A stretch of 38,138 nt of DNA, from positions 1 to 38,138 of the forward strand of contig JAITOW010000007.1 of NCBI GenBank assembly GCA_031289835.1, read 5' to 3'. The number at the start of each line of letters is the position of its first letter. Position 1 is the stretch's first letter. A program made the position numbers and the translations under genes. Source of the DNA: Puniceicoccales bacterium. GTDB taxonomy: Bacteria; Verrucomicrobiota; Verrucomicrobiia; Opitutales; JAIRKQ01. The notes beneath the pieces are model-generated. The model made no database searches and had not been told where the DNA came from. It saw only the letters and a list, made by a program, of their open reading frames with translations. Below, piece after piece: positions 18,358-26,982 of the stretch.

Positions 18358-18825
18358 ATGGCTGTATTTAATAAAGTTATTCTCATGGGGAATCTTACTC
18401 GCGATCCTGAGGTGCGCGTATCCACTTCAGGCACAACGATTTGTAAATTTGGGATGGCTGTTAGCAGGAACTCAAAGACAGCCGATGGTTCGGCCAGGGA
18501 GGAGACTTTGTTCATTGACGTTGATGCCTTTGGTAGGCAGGCTGAACTGCTCGGCAAACACATGACGAAGGGACGTTCCATTTTGGTTGAGGGGCGTTTG
18601 CGCCTGGATCAATGGGAGTCTCAAAGTGGAGAGAAACGCAATAAAATGGTCGTCGTCCTCGAGAATTTTCAGTTTGTGGGATCCCGCGTCGATGGCGATC
18701 CGAACATGGCAGCGTCGATCGACAGCCAGGAAGATGTTCATTTCGCACAGGATTTGTCGATAAAAAACAAGAATCCTAAGCCGGTGGCGAAGGCGGGTGA
18801 CATCGACGATGATATTCCATTTTAA
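18358..18825 (+). CDS. ssb: single-stranded DNA-binding protein
   Basis: MAVFNKVILMGNLTRDPEVR OB-fold N-terminus and the canonical acidic tip DIDDDIPF at the C-terminus. The ATG at 18358 is preferred over the TTG at 18343. Confidence 0.94.
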   Translation: MAVFNKVILMGNLTRDPEVRVSTSGTTICKFGMAVSRNSKTADGSAREETLFIDVDAFGRQAELLGKHMTKGRSILVEGRLRLDQWESQSGEKRNKMVVVLENFQFVGSRVDGDPNMAASIDSQEDVHFAQDLSIKNKNPKPVAKAGDIDDDIPF

Positions 18826-18845
18826 AATTTTTAGGATTTTTAGCT

Positions 18846-19307
18846 ATGGCAACAACGGAAGTGTTATTATTGAAGTACTTGGAAAGGCTAGGGAGCGAGG
18901 GGCAAACCGTTAGGGTAAAGGCCGGGTATGCTCGTAATTTCCTGTTTCCACGGGGTTTGGCCGTGCGCATGTCGAAGGCAAACAAAAAGCAGATCGAAGC
19001 GCTGGCTCGCATGCGTGAACAGCGTGAACAACGCGAATTTACGGAGGCAAATCGACTGCGGGAGCAGCTATCAAAAATCGCCATAGTCTTAGCCGTTAAA
19101 ACCGGCGAAAATGGGAAAATGTTTGGTTCGGTAACTCCCGCCGATATCCACCATAAAATCGCCGAAGGTGGCATAGAAATAGACAAAAAGAAAATTGTTA
19201 CCGGTTCGATTAGGGAAGTGGGGCGCCACACCGTTAGGATCAGGTTGCATCGGGATGTTGAGTTCGATTTGCCAGTGGAAGTTGTCTCTGAAAATCCGAT
19301 CAACTAG
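18846..19307 (+). CDS. rplI: 50S ribosomal protein L9
   Basis: The L9 signature VLLLKYLERLGSEGQTVRVKAGYARNFLFPRGLAV. Confidence 0.94.
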   Translation: MATTEVLLLKYLERLGSEGQTVRVKAGYARNFLFPRGLAVRMSKANKKQIEALARMREQREQREFTEANRLREQLSKIAIVLAVKTGENGKMFGSVTPADIHHKIAEGGIEIDKKKIVTGSIREVGRHTVRIRLHRDVEFDLPVEVVSENPIN

Positions 19308-19321
19308 ATCTCCGTTGATTT

Positions 19322-20758
19322 ATGGCTAACATGCGAGCAAAGATCGCACGTCACAAAAGTGATGCAAAGGTCACCGGTGGCGATAGGGTTTTTGAGCGTC
19401 CGCGTCCGCACAGCGTTGAGTTTGAGCAAGCTTTGTTGGCATGTTGCATCATGGAAGGAGGACAGGACACCGTTCCCCTGTGCATGCAGAGCAAAATTTC
19501 CAGCGACTCTTTTTATGTCCCGGCACACCGAGTTATTTGGAAAGCTGTTTCGGACTTATACAATGAAAATTCGCCGATCAACGAGGTCATTCTCACCGAT
19601 AAGTTGGAGAGCCGGCATCAATTGGATGAAATCGGCGGTGTGAGTTATGTAAATCGCCTATGCGACCGGATCGATACTCCGGCGCACATTGTACATTACC
19701 TAAAGCGGGTACGTGATCTTGAGCTTGTTCGGCGCGTGATAGAGGCTTCGATGAAGAACATTGCGCGCGCCTATGAAGATAACGAAAGCCTCGATGACTT
19801 TATTGAGCAGGCAGAAAATGAAATTTTTGCGGTAAGCGACGACCGCCTCAGCGGCGCTGCCATGCACATTAACAAGCCAATCGATTCCGCAATAACTACG
19901 GTGCAGATGATGCTGCAAAAACATGGCGAAATCATCGGGGTGGCCTCCGGATTTACCGATTTGGATAAAACGCTTTTCGGATTCCGCGAAAGCGATATGA
20001 TCGTGATCGCCGCCAGACCGTCTATGGGAAAAACCAGCCTGGCGATGAACATCGCTGAAAATGTCGTTTTGCCTGAAAAAAAGGATCGAAAGCCCATTGG
20101 AACGCTGTTTTTCAGCCTTGAAATGAGCGCGGAGCAACTTGCCATGCGCCTGCTATGTGGCCGTTCCGCTGTGAATATGACGAAGCTCAGGGAAGGGTTT
20201 ATATCCAAACAGGCCAGTGAAGCGCTATCGCGGTCAGCAACGGAGCTGAAAGCTGCGCCGCTGTGGATTGACGAATCGACCAACTTGACAATCCTCGAAA
20301 TACGGGCCAAAGCGCGCAGGATTCAAAGTAAAGAATCGATTGGCCTAGTAATCATCGACTATCTGCAGCTCATAAATGGAGATAGCAGGGTTCCGCGCGA
20401 GCAGCAAATTTCAGAAATTTCCCGCGGGATAAAAGCAATGGCAAAGGAGCTTAAAATTCCAGTCATCGTTTTGAGTCAACTCAACCGCGAATCGGAAAAA
20501 GAACGCCGTCCCCCACGCCTATCAGATTTACGCGAATCTGGGGCCATTGAGCAGGATGCCGATGTGGTGATGCTCCTATCCAATCAGCAGTCATCGGGAT
20601 CTAATGATCAGCAGGACCAGCAACAGTCTTCGGATATTGTTGCACGGGAGCTGATTATTGCTAAGCAGAGAAATGGCCCCGTTGGGACCATACCGTTGAC
20701 TTTCGTAAAGAATCTTACACGATTCGAAAATTATGTGGATTTATCAACTTGTGAGTAA
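19322..20758 (+). CDS. dnaB: replicative DNA helicase DnaB
   Basis: N-terminal motif PHSVEFEQALLACCI, Walker A ARPSMGKTSLAMN, and IIDYLQLI, SRGIKAMAKELKIPVIVLSQLNR and IIAKQRNGPVG. At 478 aa there is no room for an intein. Confidence 0.96.
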   Translation: MANMRAKIARHKSDAKVTGGDRVFERPRPHSVEFEQALLACCIMEGGQDTVPLCMQSKISSDSFYVPAHRVIWKAVSDLYNENSPINEVILTDKLESRHQLDEIGGVSYVNRLCDRIDTPAHIVHYLKRVRDLELVRRVIEASMKNIARAYEDNESLDDFIEQAENEIFAVSDDRLSGAAMHINKPIDSAITTVQMMLQKHGEIIGVASGFTDLDKTLFGFRESDMIVIAARPSMGKTSLAMNIAENVVLPEKKDRKPIGTLFFSLEMSAEQLAMRLLCGRSAVNMTKLREGFISKQASEALSRSATELKAAPLWIDESTNLTILEIRAKARRIQSKESIGLVIIDYLQLINGDSRVPREQQISEISRGIKAMAKELKIPVIVLSQLNRESEKERRPPRLSDLRESGAIEQDADVVMLLSNQQSSGSNDQQDQQQSSDIVARELIIAKQRNGPVGTIPLTFVKNLTRFENYVDLSTCE

Positions 20759-20764
20759 GAAATT

Positions 20765-23107
20765 ATGTGTGTGAAAAAATATTTGGCTGCGCTCGTGATG
20801 TATGTGATCGGTGTGTGCGTATCCCATTGTGATCCGGTGGAGGAAGTGCAACAAGCGCCGATAATCTCATCGATTAAATACAATTATTACGGCGGCAATC
20901 CGAACGTTAATCAGGAAGCGATTGAATCCCATGTCCAGTTGAAGGAAGGCTCGGAATTTAAGCAATATCTGGCAGATGCATCGATTAAGTCGCTGTACAA
21001 CACGGGTTTATTCGAATATGTTCAAGTGCGGCTGGATCAAATTGGAAATAACGAGTACGCCGTGACTTTTGTTCTTACGCAAAAACTGCGGGTGAACAAC
21101 ATAAACATCGTCGGCAACAAAAAGATCAAAAATAAGGTGATCAAGAAAGAGATGAGTCTCTCCCGTGGCGGGACGTTTTCGGATAGCAGCCTACACCATG
21201 ACATCAAAAAATTAAGCAAACTTTACCAGGATAAGGGCTTCCCCTACGCAAAAATTGACTGTTCCGTTTTGGAACGGAGCGATTGTGCGGCCATGGATGT
21301 TAATATAAATATCGACGAGGGGCCGAAGCTGCACGTCGGGAAAATCACGTTTGATGGCGTGGATGACATAAAAGTGAAGACTCTTAGGAATGCCATGCAG
21401 ACGAAAAGCTGGTCGTTTTTCTCAATTTTTACGGGAACTGGCATTTTTAGACGCGATGTTCTCGACGACGACATCAATCGCCTGAAAGTTGAAATTAAGA
21501 ATCATGGATATCTGGACGTGGTTATCGACGAAAGTGACGTCGCATGTACGGATTGCAGCAGTGTAATTAATATACACATAAGCGTGCATAAGGGCAACCA
21601 ATACCGCTTCGGAGAAATTTCTGTCAAGGGCAATGCTTTATATCCAACTGACCAGCTAACGTCTCTGTTGGCACTGAAAAGTGATGAAATTTTTTCACCG
21701 AAGAAGGTTGATGATGCCTGCGAAAATATCCGCGATCATTACGGCAAAGTCGGTTATCTCGAAACCGGTGTATATGCCGAGCGTCTGCCGAATATAAATA
21801 CCGGAGCAATTGATCTCGTGTTTCACATAGGCGAAAGCGAGCGCTGCTTCCTGCATGCGATTGAGATAAAAGGCAATGTCAAGACGAAAAACAACGTGAT
21901 CCTGCGTGAGCTCGTGCTGGCTCCCGGAGATCCGTTTGATTCCGTGCGCATGAGAGACAGTCAAATACGCCTCCTGAACACGAGATTTTTTCAGACAGTC
22001 GACACTTTGCCGGTCGATACCGATGTAAAAAATCAGAAAAATTTGCGCGTTGAAGTTAAGGAAGCAAACACTGGTAAGTTTTCCATCGGCGGAGGCATAA
22101 GCACCGGCAACCAAGTTGTGGGCTTTGCGGAATTCAGCCAGTCCAATTTCGATTTATTTGACAGGAAAGGGAAATTTCAAGGGGGCGGCCAAAAGTTTCG
22201 CACGCGTTTTCAAGCAGGCAGGCGGAACAATTCGTTCACGATAAACTTTGAAGAACCTTGGCTATATAACCGCGAGCTTGCATTTGGTGTCGATTTGTTT
22301 CGATCGAAACAGGAATACAAAAAATCCGACCACAGCTACGGTGGATCAAATTACGATGAGATGCGCATGGGCGGCGATGTTTACCTGAGGAAGCGCCTAT
22401 TTGGCATATGGGAGGGAACTGTGACCTATAGCCTGACAAACGTTCACATTTCCAATATTGGCCAAAGTGCGCCACCATCTTTCCAAATTGAACGCGGACA
22501 CCGCCTAATTTCAAAGGGCTCATTTTTGCTCGAACGTGACACGCGGAATAGTTTCGTTTACCCCACCTCCGGCTCGGTGCTGAGTTTTTGCACCGAAGTT
22601 GCGGGTGGGCCCTTCCTTGGAGAGACCAAGTATGTCAAATTCAACGGGTTGGCCGCGAAGCTTTTCCCAACGTTTGAAACATTTGATCAAAATATCATGT
22701 TTATGTGCAAAGGCGGCACAGTGAGTTCATACGGCGGTGACCGCGTGCCGTTTTTCGACAGATTTTTCCTTGGAGGCAGTGACTATATGAAGGGATTCAA
22801 GACGCATGACGTTGGCCCACATGAATATGGGACAGGTGTCGGGGGAAAAACGTATTTATACAGCACGGCGGAGTATACGTTCAAAATTGCTGAGCAGCTA
22901 AGGGTCTACTTTTTTGCCGAAGCGGGCGTTGTTAACAGCTCCCAGTGGAATTTTAACACAAAAAGATATTGCACCGACCTCGGATTCGGCATCAAGTTAT
23001 ACATAATGGGCGCGCCGCTCAGGTTAGACTTTGGATTTCCGAGGCATGGGCACGATAACAACAAGCACGGGATGAGGTTCAATTACTCATTTGGAATGGC
23101 GTTTTAG
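20765..23107 (+). CDS. bamA: outer membrane protein assembly factor BamA (Omp85 family)
   Basis: 780 aa with a signal peptide and repeated POTRA-like units (I..I...GN......I). The C-terminal beta-barrel carries a terminal aromatic motif (...RFNYSFGMAF). Confidence 0.9.
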   Translation: MCVKKYLAALVMYVIGVCVSHCDPVEEVQQAPIISSIKYNYYGGNPNVNQEAIESHVQLKEGSEFKQYLADASIKSLYNTGLFEYVQVRLDQIGNNEYAVTFVLTQKLRVNNINIVGNKKIKNKVIKKEMSLSRGGTFSDSSLHHDIKKLSKLYQDKGFPYAKIDCSVLERSDCAAMDVNINIDEGPKLHVGKITFDGVDDIKVKTLRNAMQTKSWSFFSIFTGTGIFRRDVLDDDINRLKVEIKNHGYLDVVIDESDVACTDCSSVINIHISVHKGNQYRFGEISVKGNALYPTDQLTSLLALKSDEIFSPKKVDDACENIRDHYGKVGYLETGVYAERLPNINTGAIDLVFHIGESERCFLHAIEIKGNVKTKNNVILRELVLAPGDPFDSVRMRDSQIRLLNTRFFQTVDTLPVDTDVKNQKNLRVEVKEANTGKFSIGGGISTGNQVVGFAEFSQSNFDLFDRKGKFQGGGQKFRTRFQAGRRNNSFTINFEEPWLYNRELAFGVDLFRSKQEYKKSDHSYGGSNYDEMRMGGDVYLRKRLFGIWEGTVTYSLTNVHISNIGQSAPPSFQIERGHRLISKGSFLLERDTRNSFVYPTSGSVLSFCTEVAGGPFLGETKYVKFNGLAAKLFPTFETFDQNIMFMCKGGTVSSYGGDRVPFFDRFFLGGSDYMKGFKTHDVGPHEYGTGVGGKTYLYSTAEYTFKIAEQLRVYFFAEAGVVNSSQWNFNTKRYCTDLGFGIKLYIMGAPLRLDFGFPRHGHDNNKHGMRFNYSFGMAF

Positions 23108-23160
23108 CCGTTTTTGCAAATTTTTAGCTCAGACAAGGCTAAAGCATGGGTTTGCGGTTT

Positions 23161-25032
23161 TTACCTATGGGTTGCCCAGCATTCAATGCTTTCGACTTTC
23201 CACTGTTCGCTGGCACTGCCAACCGACGTCTCCACAACGTCGCCGACCGTTTTTGTCAGCAGAGATTGAGCTATTGGAGTTTTGTAGGATATGATATTTT
23301 TCTCCGGGTCACTATCCCAGGCTCCCAATATTGCGAATTTTACCGGCTCTCCACCGGCTACCGGTCTAATCGTAACCACGGAACCAACGGACACTGACGT
23401 TGTGTCAACGGATTCAAAATCAATGACTTGCGCAACTTGCAGCTCGCTTTCCAGTTGAGCTTTGCGGGCAAGTAAGGTCTCCTGATCCTGTCGAGCCATT
23501 TTGTATTCGGAATTTTCGCTCAGATCACCATGCTCACGCGCCGCTGCGATTGCCGCCTTGTTTGCCGGAATTTTTTCCCTAACGAGGGACTCATATTCCT
23601 TTCTTTTGACGTCCAGGCTCTCCTTCGAAACTTTGAGGGTGAGATCGGCCTGCGACCTAGCCTTCGAACTCGAAGTTATCAAATTTTGCACACTCGGGAA
23701 AATTGCAATAAACCGCGCGAGAAGTGATTTCTTCGAAAGGGAATCAAATCCTTGGTTTACCAGTAACATTTGCGCAAGGTCGAAGGCTTCTTCCTCGGTT
23801 GCGCTGGACAACAAATCCTTGACCAGAACCCGGTCTTCACAAACCAATTCGGCCAGGGGAATTTTTCGAGATTTATGTGATCCGGACAAAACTTCGTTGT
23901 CGATTGCCCACAGGACAGCACGCAGCAAACCTGGCACAAGTAGTTCCCGGGGAATGACATTGTCGAATTTTTTCGCATGCCGATTTTTAACAACCCACTG
24001 AAGCAGGGAGGTTTTTAAATTTTTTTCGTGTAACCAGCGTAGAAGTTGCTGTTTCACCGCCTCACTGCGCCCGTTTTCGCACAAATAGGCGATGCAATCG
24101 CTCGTAAAGCGATCATTTCCATTTCTCAAAAGATTGAAACAGTGTTTTTCCCATTCATCGGGAAAGGTTCTCGTTATCAGGTTAAAAAATTGTCCATAGT
24201 AGGTGTATGGAAGGTCGGTCGCGATCTTCAACAAATTCGAACTTTCGTGTATAATTGATTCGATCCTCGGCTCCAAAGAATCGATGTTGCAATCCAACAA
24301 CTTGGCCAGTTTGTTTCTAACCAAGCACGAAAGAAATTTATAACCTACGCTCAGCTTTGAAAAATTTGGGGCGGCATAGCTGGATAGCACGTCGATTATG
24401 TGATTAGCTGTGGTTTTCAGCGCTTCGCTATCGATCGCCATATTCGAAATTTCCTCGGCTATGGGTAAGCGGTCCTGCACGCTATGAGTGTTGTTAAACT
24501 TTTCGATGATTTGCTCTTCGATGGAAATCGGACTTTCACGCAACTTGAGATAGGTCACATTCCCTTCCTCAAGCATCAGGCGCGAGTCCTTTGCAATCAA
24601 TTTTTTCGTAACATTCCACCACCGTTTGAAATTTTTCTTTTCAACGATATCGGCAAATGTGCGCTCAATATCACCCACGCTTGCCTGCTTGTTTGGTATG
24701 GACTCGATGTACTCTATTAACACGCCAATTGAGGACTTTTTCAGCTGCTGCCTAATTTCCTCCGGATCCGCATGGAACCGCACGAGAAGATCATTCTGGT
24801 CCAGTATTTCCAGTTTTCTCGTGCAAAATACCGGGTCCATCTCCTGCCCAATTTTTCCATTTAAAAAATCGATGACTAGCCTATTCTTGTCGCTATCGTA
24901 CCCTTTAATCTGGCCAAAACCCCATATTTGATGAATGCAGTACGCGCCCTGGGTCATTTTTTCCAGCTTGCTCCGCATGCGCTCGTTGCGCATATCACCG
25001 GCAATTAAATTATCGATCGCTTGTCTGTCCAT
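23161..25032 (-). CDS. greA: transcription elongation factor GreA, long form with ~465-aa N-terminal extension
   Basis: The C-terminal ~155 aa carry GreA hallmarks: AAAREHGDLSENSEYKMARQDQETLLARKAQLESEL, then VSVGSVVTIR...ISYKTPIAQSLLTKTVGDVV. The preceding ~465 aa have no counterpart in ordinary ~160-aa GreA. Confidence 0.85.
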   Translation of the reverse strand: MDRQAIDNLIAGDMRNERMRSKLEKMTQGAYCIHQIWGFGQIKGYDSDKNRLVIDFLNGKIGQEMDPVFCTRKLEILDQNDLLVRFHADPEEIRQQLKKSSIGVLIEYIESIPNKQASVGDIERTFADIVEKKNFKRWWNVTKKLIAKDSRLMLEEGNVTYLKLRESPISIEEQIIEKFNNTHSVQDRLPIAEEISNMAIDSEALKTTANHIIDVLSSYAAPNFSKLSVGYKFLSCLVRNKLAKLLDCNIDSLEPRIESIIHESSNLLKIATDLPYTYYGQFFNLITRTFPDEWEKHCFNLLRNGNDRFTSDCIAYLCENGRSEAVKQQLLRWLHEKNLKTSLLQWVVKNRHAKKFDNVIPRELLVPGLLRAVLWAIDNEVLSGSHKSRKIPLAELVCEDRVLVKDLLSSATEEEAFDLAQMLLVNQGFDSLSKKSLLARFIAIFPSVQNLITSSSKARSQADLTLKVSKESLDVKRKEYESLVREKIPANKAAIAAAREHGDLSENSEYKMARQDQETLLARKAQLESELQVAQVIDFESVDTTSVSVGSVVTIRPVAGGEPVKFAILGAWDSDPEKNIISYKTPIAQSLLTKTVGDVVETSVGSASEQWKVESIECWATHR

Positions 25033-25177
25033 GGTAAATGCAATTGTTAAACGGAATGCCCTTCCACAAGTCTAGTTTAGGCATGCCCCCATCTGCCTTG
25101 TCAAGCTTTTTATGAAAAAATTCCACGATATGTAAATTTTGAATGCTTAATTTTTCCACAATCATAGTCTATCTTCA

Positions 25178-25741
25178 GTGAAATGCGACGGAAAAAAACG
25201 CGGATTTTCTCTGATAGAGATACTGCTAGTAATCGGGTTAAGTGGCGCAATCCTGGTCACTGCCATGACACTGATGCTGTCATTTGCAAACATTTATCTA
25301 TCTTCACCTGCCATTGAAGCCGAAATCGAAGGCGATATTTTTGCGAAAAAACTGATCAAAACGCTCCTCAACCAGTATAAATCCTCGGAATCGTACGGCA
25401 ATGTGGACGAAGAATTACTGAGCTCGGGCATTTTCTGGCAAACGGATAATGTGCCGATATTTGCGGACGAAAACCGGAAAGATCTTCTCACCGTCGGACT
25501 TGTGTGGCAGGCAAATTTGTTAAATTTTGTTTGGAAATCCGAGGAAGATGTTGAATTCGAACATCTAGCCCTGTTCGACGATGTCACAAAAATATGCATA
25601 CTAAGCTACGACGCGGAAATCGATTCCTGGTCGGAGCACGAATTTCTCGAAGATACTGCACGCAAGGTACTTAATGGCAACAACATTTGCTGCTTAAACA
25701 TTGTTCGCTACGATGGGAAAGAGACAATTCCATTTTTTTAG
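25178..25741 (+). CDS. prepilin-type N-terminal cleavage/methylation domain protein (pseudopilin-like)
   Basis: GTG start. The class III signal KRGFSLIEILLVIGLSGAILV has G-F at the predicted cleavage site and Glu at +5. No other secretion or pilus genes are adjacent. Confidence 0.7.
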   Translation: MKCDGKKRGFSLIEILLVIGLSGAILVTAMTLMLSFANIYLSSPAIEAEIEGDIFAKKLIKTLLNQYKSSESYGNVDEELLSSGIFWQTDNVPIFADENRKDLLTVGLVWQANLLNFVWKSEEDVEFEHLALFDDVTKICILSYDAEIDSWSEHEFLEDTARKVLNGNNICCLNIVRYDGKETIPFF

Positions 25742-25790
25742 TAACTAAAAGTTTTTATACTTGCAACTTTAGCAAAATATGCATTAAGTT

Positions 25791-25994
25791 TTGAGCATGG
25801 TAGAAGATTTGCAGAAAAAAACTAGCTCCCGCACACCGTTGGACCTTACTTGGACCGACGTCGAAGAATTATCGAATTTTGTCACCGGTGGCGGCAAGAT
25901 TTTGTCGCGCAAATTAACGGGGACATCTGCTCGTCACCAGAGGCACATCACTCGCATGATAAAGCGCGCGAGGAATATGCTGCTAATGAAGTAA
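25791..25994 (+). CDS. rpsR: 30S ribosomal protein S18
   Basis: The S18 pattern DVEELSNFVTGGGKILSRKLTGTSARHQRHITRMIKRARNMLL. The start is either TTG at 25791 or ATG at 25796. Confidence 0.88.
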   Translation: MSMVEDLQKKTSSRTPLDLTWTDVEELSNFVTGGGKILSRKLTGTSARHQRHITRMIKRARNMLLMK

Positions 25995-25995
25995 C

Positions 25996-26976
25996 ATGGT
26001 GATGAACGTAGTTTCGTTGGCGGTCAAAATTTTGCAGTCGGGTGGTGTTGTTGCGCTACCAACGGAGACGGTGTACGGTCTCGCTGCTTCCATGAGGTCG
26101 GAAACGGCCGTGCGGAAGGTTTTTCAAATAAAGGGGCGTCCCCTGTTGGACCCGCTGATCGTTCACATGCTTGATTATACCTGGATTTCGGAATATGCAC
26201 ATACCGACGACCTGAAGGTGGATGTGAAGGCATTGGCGGATGCCTTTTGGCCCGGGCCGCTAACCATTGTTCTACGAAAAAAATCGATAGTTCCCGCAAT
26301 TGTCACGGCTGGGCTGGATTTTGTGGCAATAAGGTGCCCGGCCCATGAAATATTTAGGAAAATTTTGAGAGCGATAAGGGTTCCGCTGGCAGCGCCGAGT
26401 GCGAATCCCTTTGGTTATTTGAGCCCGACAACCGCCCAACATGTCAGGGATGGTCTCGGCGATAGAGTGCCGCTGATTGTTGACGGTGGCCCATGCAACG
26501 TCGGTGTCGAATCCACGATTTTGGATGTGACAGCGGACGTTCCCCGCATTCTGCGTCCGGGAGCGATTCCTACCAGCGATATCGCCGGTGTCCTCGGTGT
26601 GACCGTGATGGACTACAGCCCCTCCACCGGTCCGGCGGCGGCACCGGGGCAACTAAAGCAGCATTATTCGCCAAATACGCGTTTGATTCTGGTTGAATCC
26701 GCCGAAGATCTGTCCTCCCTAATTGGCAGTGCTCCACCGGAAGATGTGGCCTTTGTGTACCTGAAACGCCCCACCGAACAAGTCCATGAAAGGAACATTT
26801 TTTGGCTGAGCGATGGCGGAGATTATCGGGCAGTGGCCAGAGGTCTGTTCGAAATGCTGCAAACCCTGGACAAATCCGGCTACAATACAATTTATTGCCA
26901 AAAAGCCGGACAAGATGGTCTCGGCATTACCATAAACGACCGCCTAACGCGCGCCGCTGCAAAATTTGTCCCCTAG
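25996..26976 (+). CDS. L-threonylcarbamoyladenylate synthase (Sua5/TsaC, long form with Sua5 C-domain)
   Basis: YrdC-domain motifs VVALPTETVYGLAA, PLTIVL and SANPFG. The 326-aa length implies an additional Sua5 C-terminal domain. Confidence 0.9.
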   Translation: MVMNVVSLAVKILQSGGVVALPTETVYGLAASMRSETAVRKVFQIKGRPLLDPLIVHMLDYTWISEYAHTDDLKVDVKALADAFWPGPLTIVLRKKSIVPAIVTAGLDFVAIRCPAHEIFRKILRAIRVPLAAPSANPFGYLSPTTAQHVRDGLGDRVPLIVDGGPCNVGVESTILDVTADVPRILRPGAIPTSDIAGVLGVTVMDYSPSTGPAAAPGQLKQHYSPNTRLILVESAEDLSSLIGSAPPEDVAFVYLKRPTEQVHERNIFWLSDGGDYRAVARGLFEMLQTLDKSGYNTIYCQKAGQDGLGITINDRLTRAAAKFVP

Positions 26977-26982
26977 CGAAAA

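Noticed and set aside
19322-20758. Possible intein or insertion in DnaB, given the Gln/Ser-rich stretch NQQSSGSNDQQDQQQSS.
   Set aside because: At 478 aa the protein has normal DnaB length. The stretch is a short low-complexity linker in a region that is variable among DnaB proteins. No intein splice motifs are present.
23123-23143. Short hairpin TTTAGC-tcagacaag-GCTAAA between the convergent bamA and greA genes as a bidirectional terminator.
   Set aside because: The stem is only 6 bp, is AT-rich and has a 9-nt loop, so predicted stability is too low to call with confidence.
25095-25170. DnaA-box-like nonamers (AATTCCACG and TTTTCCACA) in the greA/prepilin divergent intergenic region, with dnaB a few kb away, raising the idea of a replication origin.
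   Set aside because: There are only two imperfect boxes. I see no AT-rich unwinding repeats and no dnaA, dnaN or gid/par genes nearby. dnaB is not an origin marker. This is consistent with chance matches in AT-rich promoter DNA.
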